42,657 nucleotides of DNA from positions 1-42,657 of the forward strand of contig CAMDER010000001.1 of NCBI GenBank assembly GCA_945896935.1, written 5' to 3'. The notes beneath the pieces were generated by a model that saw only the letters and a program-made list of their open reading frames with translations, was not told the DNA's origin and searched no databases. A program made the position numbers and the translations under genes. Numbering within the stretch: the stretch's first letter is position 1; each line of letters begins with the position of its first letter. Origin of the DNA: Bifidobacterium breve (GTDB lineage: Bacteria; Actinomycetota; Acidimicrobiia; Acidimicrobiales; Ilumatobacteraceae). This document shows, in pieces, positions 27,410 to 37,700 of this stretch.

Positions 27410-28413
27410 TGCGTGCGGTGGTGTTAGTTGGCGGGTTTGGTACCCGCTTGCGACCACTGACATTGACAACTCCCAAACCGATGTTGCCCGTTGGGCATCG
27501 TCCCATCGTCGAAAATTTGGTGCGGATGTTGGCGGTGGCGGGCATTGACGAGGTCGTCCTTGGTCTCGGATTTAAACCAGAGCCATTCATTGACGCGTTC
27601 CCTGACGGAACGTGTGCTGGAGTTCGGTTGCACTACGCAGTCGAGCCCGAACCACTTGACACCGCAGGAGCGATTCGCTTCGCTGCCGATCACGCGGGGA
27701 TCAACGACACATTCGTGGTCGTTAATGGCGATGTGTTGACCGACCTTGATGTCAGCGCACTGATTGCTTTCCATCGTGCCAAGAACGCTGAAGCAACGAT
27801 CCATCTCACCCCGGTCGATGACCCGTCGGCCTATGGAGTTGTGGCTATTGATTCAGACGGCCGCGTTGAGCGATTTGTCGAAAAGCCTGCACCTGGAACG
27901 GCCCCAAGCAATTTGATCAACGCCGGCACCTACGTGCTCGAACCGTCGGTTTTGCAACGCATCGAACTTGGTCGCAAGGTTTCCATTGAACGTGAAATCT
28001 TTCCGCTGATTGTCGATGACGGGCGTCTCTTTGCCATGGCGACTGACGACTACTGGATTGATACAGGTCGACCCGAGCCCTATCGTCGAGCCAACCTTGA
28101 CATGATCGACGGCGTCCGCCGCAGGTTGTCTGCTTCTGGTATTGAGCCGGGCGCTGAGGTTCATCCGACCGCGCTGATTGAACATAGCTTGGTGTCATCT
28201 GGGGCGGTAGTTGCACCGGGAGCAAGCGTGCATGATTCGGTGATTCTTGCTGGTGCGGTGATCCACAAGGGTGCATTGGTGCGCGACTCAATTGTGATGG
28301 GAACTGTGGGAGAGCGAGCCACGATTATCGACACGGTGGTTGGAGTGGCGGGCGTGATTCCTGAAGGTGCCACGCTTGAACATGCGTTTGTCCCTGACCC
28401 AACTGCCGTTTAG
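27409..28413 (+). CDS. manC: Mannose-1-phosphate guanylyltransferase (NDP-sugar pyrophosphorylase + left-handed beta-helix)
   Basis: MRAVVLVGGFGTRLRPLTLTTPKPMLPV, EKP and the YWIDTG motif, plus C-terminal hexapeptide-like repeats. Confidence 0.85.
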   Translation: MRAVVLVGGFGTRLRPLTLTTPKPMLPVGHRPIVENLVRMLAVAGIDEVVLGLGFKPEPFIDAFPDGTCAGVRLHYAVEPEPLDTAGAIRFAADHAGINDTFVVVNGDVLTDLDVSALIAFHRAKNAEATIHLTPVDDPSAYGVVAIDSDGRVERFVEKPAPGTAPSNLINAGTYVLEPSVLQRIELGRKVSIEREIFPLIVDDGRLFAMATDDYWIDTGRPEPYRRANLDMIDGVRRRLSASGIEPGAEVHPTALIEHSLVSSGAVVAPGASVHDSVILAGAVIHKGALVRDSIVMGTVGERATIIDTVVGVAGVIPEGATLEHAFVPDPTAV

Positions 28414-28422
28414 AGTGCGTTA

Positions 28423-29376
28423 ATGACCCAGCGCAGCGTTGCCAAGCAGCCCGGCGCAGTCATGGTTGTCGGAGGCGCTGGTTTCCTGGGTTCGCACATT
28501 GTTGACCGCTTACTTTTAGATGGCGCACAAGTTGATGTTGTTGATGATTTATCAACTGGTTCTTTAGCGAATCTTTCAGCAGCGCGGTCATCAGCTGTCG
28601 ATGGCGCCTTACGCATCCATACTTTGGATGTCACGATTCCAGAATTTGTCGACGTTGTTCGTCTGCGACGACCTGAAGCGATGTATGTCACTGCATTGTT
28701 GACTCCAACCATGCAGGACTCGGGTGGTTGTACAAAGAGTTACGCAATCGCGATTGCAATATTTGAGGCGGCTGTTCAGGCAAAAGTGAGCAAAGTAATT
28801 GTCGCTATACCGGCTGGCGTTTTGTACGGAGAGGTACCGGCGCGCGACTTGCCCATCAAAGAAGATCGTGAACGTCGCCCCGTAGGTCTACCTGGGGTCA
28901 CAGCTCAGGCGATTATTGAACTATGCGAGATATATCGCCGCGATCATGACATTGAATTCACCGTGTTGGCGCTGCCGATTGTGTACGGGCCTCGTCAGCA
29001 GCCCAATAACAATGTTGTATCAGCATTTGTTGTCGCACAATCAACAGATAACGAGCCAGAAATATTCGGTGACGGAAAACAAACTCGTGATTTTCTGTTT
29101 GTCGATGATGCCGCAGATGCGGCTTCACGGGCATGTGCCAAGGGTGGCGGATTGCTCTTGCATATTGGTACTGGTCAACAAACGAGTGTGAAAGATTTGT
29201 GGGCGCTGATCGGAGAAGGAAGTCCAGCCAACTTTGTGTCAAAACCAACCCATGGTTTGCGGCGGGTTGCGCTGTCGGCGTCACGAGCCCGCCTACATTT
29301 GGGTTGGTCGTCTTGGACATCTTTGGCTGATGGAATCAACCTCACGAAAGCTGGCTCATCAAGTTCGGGTTGTTGA
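28423..29376 (+). CDS. Extended-SDR (NAD-dependent epimerase/dehydratase) homologue lacking catalytic residues
   Basis: An intact Rossmann motif VVGGAGFLGSHIVDRLL and DDLSTG, plus downstream VYGPRQ and GDGKQTRDFLFVDD landmarks. There is no YxxxK anywhere: the expected SPYgxSK position reads LPGVTAQ, and the expected SSS reads IPA. Confidence 0.75.
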   Translation: MTQRSVAKQPGAVMVVGGAGFLGSHIVDRLLLDGAQVDVVDDLSTGSLANLSAARSSAVDGALRIHTLDVTIPEFVDVVRLRRPEAMYVTALLTPTMQDSGGCTKSYAIAIAIFEAAVQAKVSKVIVAIPAGVLYGEVPARDLPIKEDRERRPVGLPGVTAQAIIELCEIYRRDHDIEFTVLALPIVYGPRQQPNNNVVSAFVVAQSTDNEPEIFGDGKQTRDFLFVDDAADAASRACAKGGGLLLHIGTGQQTSVKDLWALIGEGSPANFVSKPTHGLRRVALSASRARLHLGWSSWTSLADGINLTKAGSSSSGC

Positions 29377-29396
29377 CGTCGACTGGCCAAGTATTG

Positions 29397-30128
29397 CTAG
29401 CGGAATAGATCTTCTTGTGGTGGTCGGACAATTTCGCTGATTGAAGATTCACGCAACCACGACGGATCCAAGCCACGCACAACAGCAACAGGCACTCCGT
29501 TTGATTTGCCCATCACCAATTCGGCGGCCGAAGCGACTTCGTCGGCAATAGAAACCTCAGTGACCTGCATCATGCGCCCTAGGGCATCGGGAGTTCCGCG
29601 GAGGTCAAGAACTCCAGCAACGCCGGCGACACCAATAGCGACATCGGTGAGTCCTTTGCGCCAGGGTCGACCAAAAGTGTCAGAAATAATGATTCCAACG
29701 GAGACTCCAAGTTTGGCGCGAATAATGTCGCGAATTCTTCGGGCCGAACGATCGCTGTCAATGGGCAACAAGGCAGCCCAGCCACGTTCAACATTGGATA
29801 AGTCAATTCCGCTGTTAGCGCAGATAAATCCGTGTCGTGTTTCGGTAATGATGAGGTCGCCTCGACGTCGAACAACTCGCACTCCTTCTTCCTCGACAAG
29901 AGCCTTGTGAGAGAGCGGATCATCGGGGTCAATTTGTACCATGCGACCTTCGGCCTTTGACACAATTTTTTGCGTGACGACGAGAACGTCTCCGTCGAGG
30001 AGCGGTCCGTTGGGGGCTGCTTGACACGCATCAACGACGATGTCACCGAGTTGGTCACCTGGCACGATTTCGCCAATGCCCGTGACACCCCAAGCGGTCA
30101 TTCGGAGTTGTTGATTCTGTTCGCTCAT
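29397..30128 (-). CDS. cofE: Coenzyme F420-0:L-glutamate ligase, single-domain CofE
   Basis: 243 aa. GDVLVVTQKIVSKAEGR, ICANSGID and ISDTFGRPWR motifs. There is no C-terminal nitroreductase-like domain; the stop lies 20 nt from a convergent gene. Confidence 0.85.
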   Translation of the reverse strand: MSEQNQQLRMTAWGVTGIGEIVPGDQLGDIVVDACQAAPNGPLLDGDVLVVTQKIVSKAEGRMVQIDPDDPLSHKALVEEEGVRVVRRRGDLIITETRHGFICANSGIDLSNVERGWAALLPIDSDRSARRIRDIIRAKLGVSVGIIISDTFGRPWRKGLTDVAIGVAGVAGVLDLRGTPDALGRMMQVTEVSIADEVASAAELVMGKSNGVPVAVVRGLDPSWLRESSISEIVRPPQEDLFR

Positions 30129-30136
30129 GGTGCTCC

Positions 30137-31093
30137 TTATTTGACTGCTTGTAGAACTTTACGGGCAAGTACTTGAGTGATCTGCGGTGTTCGCATAATC
30201 GTGTCGGCAACGACGCATTTCATACCTTCGCGTTCGACCGCACTTTGCAGGGCTTCGTCTTGTTGATCAATCACCAAGGTAGAGCAAATTGGAGCATAGA
30301 TTCGTGCGACTCCAACAACGGAGGCTTCATGACCAAGTTCAACAAGCATGCGATCAGCGGGGCCTTTGAGGGCCGACCCAGCAACGATGGGAGAAATCGC
30401 GACGACGCGATCGCGGTTGAACGTGAGGGCGGCATCGACTCCGGAAAGTGCGCGGATCGGTCCGAGAGAAACAATTGGATTTGATGGGGCAATGATGATC
30501 GCTTCAGAGGTGTGCAAATTATTGATAAAGGTTGGCTGTGCAGTTGTTGCACCGACAAACTCAACACCTGTTACTGGGACGCTGTGTCGACGTTGGACAA
30601 AATATTCCTGGAAAGAAATCGTTGAGGCAACACCATTTTCAAAGATGTCTACTTTGGTGGCAACTTGATCATCCGACATCGGCATCATGTTGAACGCAAG
30701 TCCCCATGCTCGAGCAATCTCTTGGGTGACTGTAGAAAGTGTTGCGCCTTCGGCAATTCGGGCGGTTCGATACAAGTGAGTTGCAAGATCTCGATCACCC
30801 AAGTTGAACCAGGTTCCAGCGGCAGTTGAGCTGTCGGGTTTGACATCTTGATAGCGCGCCAGTGATTCCATCACGCGCCACGATTCATTGGCGAGACCCC
30901 AACCCCGCTCGGGGTCGATGGCATCAGCGACGGTGTATGTCACGGTGTCGAGATCGGGCGAAATATTGAGGCCGTGCATGATTGTGTCATCACCCGTATT
31001 GACGACGACGGAAATAGTGGTGGGGTCGACTTCGAGCACGAGGCCACGTAAGAAACGAGCAGCACCGACGCCACCTGCCAGGACAGTAATCAT
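30137..31093 (-). CDS. cofD: 2-phospho-L-lactate transferase (F420 biosynthesis)
   Basis: MITVLAGGVGAARFLRGL, VVNTGDD and GLNISPDLDTVTY. ATG 31093 gives the conserved N-terminus; the track starts at TTG 31114. Confidence 0.9.
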   Translation of the reverse strand: MITVLAGGVGAARFLRGLVLEVDPTTISVVVNTGDDTIMHGLNISPDLDTVTYTVADAIDPERGWGLANESWRVMESLARYQDVKPDSSTAAGTWFNLGDRDLATHLYRTARIAEGATLSTVTQEIARAWGLAFNMMPMSDDQVATKVDIFENGVASTISFQEYFVQRRHSVPVTGVEFVGATTAQPTFINNLHTSEAIIIAPSNPIVSLGPIRALSGVDAALTFNRDRVVAISPIVAGSALKGPADRMLVELGHEASVVGVARIYAPICSTLVIDQQDEALQSAVEREGMKCVVADTIMRTPQITQVLARKVLQAVK

Positions 31094-31117
31094 GCTTCCA
31101 TTATTCCGTTTCAACCG

Positions 31118-32209
31118 CTATTTCACGAGGTCAGTGTAAAGATTGATCAACTGTTGGGCCGATTTGTCCCACGAGAACTTGCTGTACTGAGCAACAGCGG
31201 CTTGTTGAAGCTGTTGTCGAAGGTCAGAGTCGTTCACAACTTTGGTGATGGCTTTGGCTAAGGCATCGACATCAAGTGGATCAACGAGTAGTGCAGCCGA
31301 TCCAACTACTTCAGGAATTGAACCACGGGTAGAACCGACGATGGGAAGTTGTTCAGACATCGCCTCAAGCAAAGGGAAACCAAACCCTTCGTCAAGTGAC
31401 GGGTAAGCCATCGCAGTCGCGTGTTGATACAACCAGGCAATATTTTCGTCGGTGACACGGCCGATGAGGTGAATGCGCTGGGCAATTTCCTTGGGCAGCA
31501 ATTCAAGAGATTGAATTATCTCTGATGAGTCATCTCCGGCAGATCCAGCAATCACTAATTGAAGTTCGGGGATTTCTTGCTTGGCAACAGCGAAGGCTTC
31601 GATGAGGCGGCAGTAGTTCTTGCGCTTTTCGAGTGTTCCTACGGCCACGATAAAAGGTGCTGTGCCGATAGCGGTGAGAGCTGTTGGTTGAAGACTTGTC
31701 TCAATATTGCGACGGGGTGGAGCACCTAAGTGAATCATCTCAATACGGGCGTGCGGAAATAGTTCTTGCAAGGTCAAAGTTGTGGCGTGTGACGACGCAT
31801 GGATCACGGCACCAGTCTGAACAGAGCGCCGAAGTGCATTCATTGAATGCTGAATCACAGGTGAGCATTGGGTCGGGTTGAGAAGCGCCCAGCAGTCGTA
31901 CACCGTGACGAGTCGGGGCAGTTTTGTCGGTGGAACGACGTAATTCATTCCGTGCAGAATTTGTACGTGTGGCAGATGGCGGTCAGCTGAAGGAAAATCG
32001 CGTTGGCCCCAACTCTGAATAGTGATTCCGGCAGGAAAGGGGAGTCGTCGCGTCTGCGCGTGCAACTTGGCGCGAAAGCTCAGCACATATTCAGTGAGTT
32101 CAACTTCGTCAACATGGCGACGCAATTGGTATACCAAACCCTCAACCGCACGGCCAACGCCAGTCATCGGACCATGGAGCGGGCCAGTATCGACCGCCAC
32201 TTTGATCAC
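31118..32209 (-). CDS. Glycosyltransferase family 4
   Basis: VGTLEKRKN and the EX7E motif PSLDEGFGFPLLEAMSEQLPIV. It sits directly upstream of cofD on the same strand. Confidence 0.85.
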   Translation of the reverse strand: MIKVAVDTGPLHGPMTGVGRAVEGLVYQLRRHVDEVELTEYVLSFRAKLHAQTRRLPFPAGITIQSWGQRDFPSADRHLPHVQILHGMNYVVPPTKLPRLVTVYDCWALLNPTQCSPVIQHSMNALRRSVQTGAVIHASSHATTLTLQELFPHARIEMIHLGAPPRRNIETSLQPTALTAIGTAPFIVAVGTLEKRKNYCRLIEAFAVAKQEIPELQLVIAGSAGDDSSEIIQSLELLPKEIAQRIHLIGRVTDENIAWLYQHATAMAYPSLDEGFGFPLLEAMSEQLPIVGSTRGSIPEVVGSAALLVDPLDVDALAKAITKVVNDSDLRQQLQQAAVAQYSKFSWDKSAQQLINLYTDLVK

Positions 32210-32313
32210 GAGAAACCCACAAGATCGCCAGACATCAAGCCGAGCGTAGGTCCTAAAGCGTAAGATAAGACAGTTCAGTTGCGATCCAGCGATCGCCCAT
32301 TTCAGGAGTTCGT

Positions 32314-33309
32314 ATGCCCCGAGCGTTTATCACTGGTGTTACTGGTCAAGACGGCCAGCACATGGCTGAATTTTTGCATAGCAAAGGCTACGAAATCTTT
32401 GGCATGGTCAAAGGGCAGAACAACCCTAAAGGCGACATGCTTCGTGACGAGTTTCCGTATGTGAACATCGTGCCTGGCGATCTCGCCGACTTGCCATCGT
32501 TGGTGAAGGCAATGGAAGTTGCCCAACCAGATGAGATCTACAACCTTGCCGCCATTTCGTTTGTTGCATTGTCATGGAATCAAGCCGAATTGACGGCCAA
32601 TCTGACTGGAACGGGCGTCTTGCGTATGCTCGAGGCGATGCGCATGGTGGGCGGCAATACCAACAACAAGATTCGCTTTTATCAAGCCTCGTCCTCAGAG
32701 ATGTTTGGCAAGGTCCGCGAGATTCCGCAGACCGAACTCACACCGTTTCACCCCCGCTCGCCGTATGGCTGCGCCAAGGTTTTTGGCCATGACATCACGG
32801 TGAACTACCGCGAGAGTTACGACATGTGGGCCTGCTCGGGAATTTTGTTTAACCACGAAGGTCCTCGCCGGGGAGTTGAGTTCGTTACTCGCAAAGTGAC
32901 AAATGCAGCGGCTCGTATCAAACTCGGACTCCAATCAGAGCTAGTGCTGGGCAACCTTGATGCAAAACGCGACTGGGGATACGCCGGCGATTACGTCAAA
33001 GCAATGTGGATGATGCTCCAACAAGATGAGCCCGATGATTACGTCATCGCAACCGGAGAAACTCACACCATCGAAGAACTCGTCGAACTTGCATTCCAAG
33101 AAGCAGGAATTGGCGATTGGCGTCCTTACGTTCGTCAAGACCCGAAGTTTTTCCGCCCAGCTGAAGTTGATTTGCTCATTGGTGATTCAAGTAAGGCTCG
33201 CGAAAAACTCGGTTGGAAGCCTGAAGTTGACTTCCCAAGTTTGGTACGCATGATGGTGCAACACGATCTCAAACTCGAAGCCAAGAAGGCCGGTATTGCT
33301 CTCGCCTAA
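32314..33309 (+). CDS. gmd: GDP-mannose 4,6-dehydratase
   Basis: [46 protein letters not shown] (intact YxxxK) and [17 protein letters not shown] lies 6 nt upstream. Confidence 0.95.
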   Translation: MPRAFITGVTGQDGQHMAEFLHSKGYEIFGMVKGQNNPKGDMLRDEFPYVNIVPGDLADLPSLVKAMEVAQPDEIYNLAAISFVALSWNQAELTANLTGTGVLRMLEAMRMVGGNTNNKIRFYQASSSEMFGKVREIPQTELTPFHPRSPYGCAKVFGHDITVNYRESYDMWACSGILFNHEGPRRGVEFVTRKVTNAAARIKLGLQSELVLGNLDAKRDWGYAGDYVKAMWMMLQQDEPDDYVIATGETHTIEELVELAFQEAGIGDWRPYVRQDPKFFRPAEVDLLIGDSSKAREKLGWKPEVDFPSLVRMMVQHDLKLEAKKAGIALA

Positions 33310-33322
33310 AAGTGCGACAGTT

Positions 33323-34663
33323 TTACGCCTCGAAGGGGCGGTCAGATAGTGCATCACTCAATGAATCAACGCTGATAGTCGCTCCATCCTTGAGTAAATG
33401 ACGCAGTGAGTAAGCAAAGACAAGTAAAGCCACGACTGAACTTGCCACGAGACCGATCTCGACGCGGGTGTATAAATCATCGGCAGCAAGCCAAGTGCAA
33501 ACGACAAAAGTGACCATGCCAAGAAGCCAGCCAAGACCAACACGGGCGTGGCCATTGAGAGCGATCACCGCTTGAGCGGTGGCGAGAGCGACCATATATA
33601 ACGCACTTCCCAGCGCCAACATGGTGAGCGAACCGCGGTCGAGCGAATCGTCGTAGACAATCCTCAGTAATGCTGGTCCGACGGCAAACGAACCGAGCGT
33701 GCCGATGATGCCGACCGCAATGACAACCTTCATGAGGCGACGAAATCCACTGCGGAACTCACCGAGATTTCCTTGGGCAGCAAGGAGCGCGAGTCGAGGT
33801 AGTAGCGCAGCTTGTACTGCTTGAAAGAGAAAGAGTGGCACTCGAGAAAGTAAGACACCATTACCAAAAGATGTCACCAAAGTTGATTGTTCTTTGGTCG
33901 CCAGAATATTGATCGCAATCGGTCCGGCGTTCACGAGACCAGCACCCATCAACGATCCAAGAAGTAACCATCCAAGATTGGGGGTGACCTCGCTCCACGG
34001 CGCAACTGGACCGGGAGCTGTTTTCACATCGCCTCGTAACCAAACGATGAGCACGCCAGAAAGTGGCGAGAGCGCGACCAACATGGCATACGCCCCGACG
34101 TTGGTGACTCCGAGCTGCCACAAAATGACACAGCCAACGATGCGCACGAAACCATCGGCTCCCATCACAATTCCGTACGACGCAAAGCGACCTTGGCCCG
34201 AACAAATCCCCCGCGTGAGGTGAGTGGGGGCGTAGGCAATAAAGGCAATGATGAGGGCGGCTGTAACCATGCCGTATCCTTCAAAAAACTCACGTGTGGC
34301 AATTGAACTGACACCTACCAAGATCGCCACGATGATGCCAGCAATCGCAGCTCCGAGAGGAACAATGCGCCCCACGATGGGTCGACCGCCCTGATTGAGG
34401 GCTCGACGGTGAGCGAGGGCTCGACCCATCTCTTGTTCAAGCGGTAAAAAGAAGCCGGGGGCGAGAACAAAAGTGGCAAACCACAACGCGACGATTGGCT
34501 TGAAGTCCTCCTTGCCAAGGGCTTCCTGACCGACCTTAAAAAAGGCATAACTCGAGATTCCGGCAACGAGCAGACCTCCGCCGACTGCCAAGGTGCCCTC
34601 GGGGAGGGGAATTCGTGGCGAGTCGGTCGTCTCAGCCGAAAGAGGCTCGTTATTGGTAGTCAA
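33323..34663 (-). CDS. Polytopic membrane protein, Wzx/MOP-type polysaccharide flippase-like
   Basis: 446 aa with roughly 12 or more hydrophobic segments. The N-terminal region (SYAFFKVGQEALGKEDFKPIVALW) resembles polysaccharide-biosynthesis (PF01943/PF13440-type) exporters. Assigned by pattern only. Confidence 0.55.
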   Translation of the reverse strand: MTTNNEPLSAETTDSPRIPLPEGTLAVGGGLLVAGISSYAFFKVGQEALGKEDFKPIVALWFATFVLAPGFFLPLEQEMGRALAHRRALNQGGRPIVGRIVPLGAAIAGIIVAILVGVSSIATREFFEGYGMVTAALIIAFIAYAPTHLTRGICSGQGRFASYGIVMGADGFVRIVGCVILWQLGVTNVGAYAMLVALSPLSGVLIVWLRGDVKTAPGPVAPWSEVTPNLGWLLLGSLMGAGLVNAGPIAINILATKEQSTLVTSFGNGVLLSRVPLFLFQAVQAALLPRLALLAAQGNLGEFRSGFRRLMKVVIAVGIIGTLGSFAVGPALLRIVYDDSLDRGSLTMLALGSALYMVALATAQAVIALNGHARVGLGWLLGMVTFVVCTWLAADDLYTRVEIGLVASSVVALLVFAYSLRHLLKDGATISVDSLSDALSDRPFEA

Positions 34664-34791
34664 GACCTTTAACCCTACTCAGAAGTGGCACTCTGGACCT
34701 GAATTCCCGTTTTCGCTCAGAACCTTTGGCCAGACGTCAAGACGGTCGGTGACCTGAGGTATTCGATATCGGCGAGTAACCTTCACGCACT

Positions 34792-37700
34792 GTGGAAAAC
34801 GAGATGGAATCAACTCTGTCTGCGGCAACGTCGTCATCTGAAACCAGCGGGCTGGGCGCCCCAGGGGTCGTGGTGGCCATTGTCGTTGACCGACCAACAT
34901 CGACCTTGGAAGGGGTCTTGGCAGCCGTTGTCGCCCAGGACTATCCCAATATCCAAGTTTTGGTGTTGTTGACTGGCTCCGAGGTTGACGAATATGCGCT
35001 CGTGAACGACATAGCTCAGACCGCGTTTGCCACTACTAATATCCCGCAACCTCATATCTATCAACTTGGGGCCAACCCAGGATTCGGACTCGCGGCGAAT
35101 ACGGCTCTGCGCCTTGTCGAGGGCGACAGCGGTTTTTTCTTGGTGATGCACGACGACGTGGTTCTGGCTGCAGATTCGGTGCGGATTCTCGTCGAAGAGT
35201 TGTATCGCTCAAATGCCGGAATGGTCGGTCCGAAGTTTGTCGAATGGGAAGAAACTCGGCGATTGCAGGCGGTTGGATTTGATTGCGATTGGTTTGGCGA
35301 ACTTGATAGCGATGTTGAGCCACACGAACTTGATCAGGAACAACATGATGCGGTTCGCGATGTTTTTGTCCTGCCCTCGGCCTGCTTTTTAATTCGTGCC
35401 GACCTCTTTCGTGAACTCGGTGGTTTTGAACCCACCATCGAATTCTTCGGCGAAGACCTTGACCTGTGTTGGCGGGCCCACAAGTCGGGGGCCCGAGTCG
35501 TTGTTGTGCCGGCCGCGACGGTACGCCATCAAGCGGCAATCATGCCGCGTTTGGCCAGTCGTCATCGTGAATCGGTAGCACTTGCCCGTCAAGCCGAACG
35601 GCATCGAATCACCACGGTCGCCTCATTGACTGGAGCGCGTCGTTTGCCGATTGTGCTTCCTCTTCTCGTTCTGCTTTCTCTCTTCGAAGCAATCGGGGCA
35701 TTAGTTCGAGGACGATGGCAGCGGGCTATCGCAGTGCTGGGCGGTTTATTCAGCCTTGTCACAAATATTGGCAATATTGCTCGGCGTCGTTCGCGAGTTC
35801 GCCTACTGCGTCGAGTACCAGACCACGAAGTCGTTGAGCTACAGGTGCGGGGAAGCGTGCGTTGGAAACGCATGATTCGCCATCGCCGGTTTGCCCCATC
35901 GATGAATTTCAGAACTCAAGGGAATGCATCGCGCGAGCGAAACTCGTGGGTCATGACGGCGTGGGTCGTACTTGCTGTCCTCTTGTTCCTCGGTGGTCGC
36001 CAATTGTGGAGCAACGGCGTTCGCTCAGTTGGAGACTTATTGCCATTACCCGAGTCGCCGCGTGATTTGTTGCATCAGTATTTAAGTGGTTGGTGGGCTC
36101 AAGATCTTGGAAGTACAACTGCCCAACCAACGAGTACCGGTCTCATTGCCCTCGGTGGAGTGATCACTCTTGGGCACATGGGTCTTTTGCATACCTTGAT
36201 CACCATTGGGTTGATCCCCATTGGTTGGCTGGGCGTTTCAGCGTTGTGCGCTGTCGTTGCTCATGAACGAGCTCGCATTGTTGGCGTCATCGCTTACGCC
36301 GCGGTTCCTCTTCCGTATGCCGCAGTTGCGAGTGGTCGACATCAGGTACTGATTGCCTATGCAGTTGTTCCATGGGCGTTGCACCTCATCCGGTCTTTCG
36401 GTGGCATCGGTCGTTCCATTGTCGATGATGAACCAGGCGACGTCGTTGACCATCCGTCAACCAAACAGAGAATTCGTCTTGCAGCCAAGCTTTCATTGCT
36501 CTTTGGCGTGACGTTGGCGTTTAGCCCAAGTGTTGTCTTTGTTGTCTTATTGAGTGCTTTGTTGTGGCTGCTGACTGCGGCGATTTCGGGCGGTTCGACG
36601 CGAGCGGCTGGTTTGGGATTTGCGGGCGCTATCAGTGCAACGGCGGCGGCAGTTGTTCTCAACATGCCCTGGATCACTCGCTACTTATCGCATGATGGAT
36701 GGAGCGCGATTGTTGGTGCGCCAACTCACACTCCAGAAAATCTCGGATTGTGGGATGTCTTACGCTTCGGAATCGGTCCGGCGGCACTCGGTGGACTCAT
36801 CGTGTTGCTGTACGTGCCTCTACTCGTTGCACCTTTGGTATCAAAGAACTCGCGATTTATTTGGGCTTCACGAGCGGCAATTTTGTCAATAGTCTCTGTC
36901 TCTTTGGCGGTGTTGAATTCTGGCAACCATCTTCCATTCCGCCTTCCTGAAACTGGAATTCTGTTGGCACCAGTAGCGAGTTGTATGGCTATTGGCGCAG
37001 CCATCATTGTGATGGCATTTGGTATTGATGTGCGTGGTGGTCGCTTTGGCTGGCGCCAACCTTTGGCGCTGTTGTCACTCGTGACTCTTCCGCTCGGATT
37101 GTTGCCCGTTGTTGCCGCATCATCCAATGGGCAGTGGGAACAGCCATCAATTACTTTGGCGCAGCAAATGAAAGAGTTGCTCGGTGATACGAGTCAAGGT
37201 AGTTATCGGGTTCTAGTTATTGGTGATCCTCGCTTGGTGACATCGGATCAACATCCTTACGACGATGGATTGGCCTATGCCGTTGTGCAAAACGGTGATA
37301 TGACCATGGTGAACCAGGTGTCATCGATGCCTGACGACACCGATAATTTGATTCGACCTTTACTTGATGCCGTCGCGATGGGATCAACGAATCGGGTCGG
37401 AAGATTGATGGCTCCTCTTGGTATTCGCTACATCGTCATACCGTTATTTGATCGAGTTCGTTCAACGAGTGACTCGCCTTTGCCTTTGCCACTTGGTCTT
37501 CGTGAAGCCTTTGCTGAACAACTGGATTTTCGCAATGTCTACGGCCCGTCAAGCATGGTGATTTTTGAGAATTCGCAATGGATACCACTGACAGGGATGC
37601 TCAGTGCTGTGGCTGCACAACAAAGTAGTGAAGGTGGATCCGAGGCGTTGGTGGCAACCGAACTGACGGGTTCGCTCGCGGCCTTGAATGGCGTGAAAAG

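Noticed and set aside
32289-32296. GCGATCGC (the cyanobacterial HIP1 palindrome) upstream of gmd.
   Set aside because: It is the only occurrence I noticed, and the gene content is actinobacterial, so it is most likely chance.
35036-37127. Minus-strand ORFs 35036-35539 and 36726-37127 and several smaller ones inside the 1085-aa GT2 fusion gene.
   Set aside because: They are antisense or alternative frames with Arg/Pro-rich products. The plus-strand frame carries the GT2 motifs and a coherent TM pattern.
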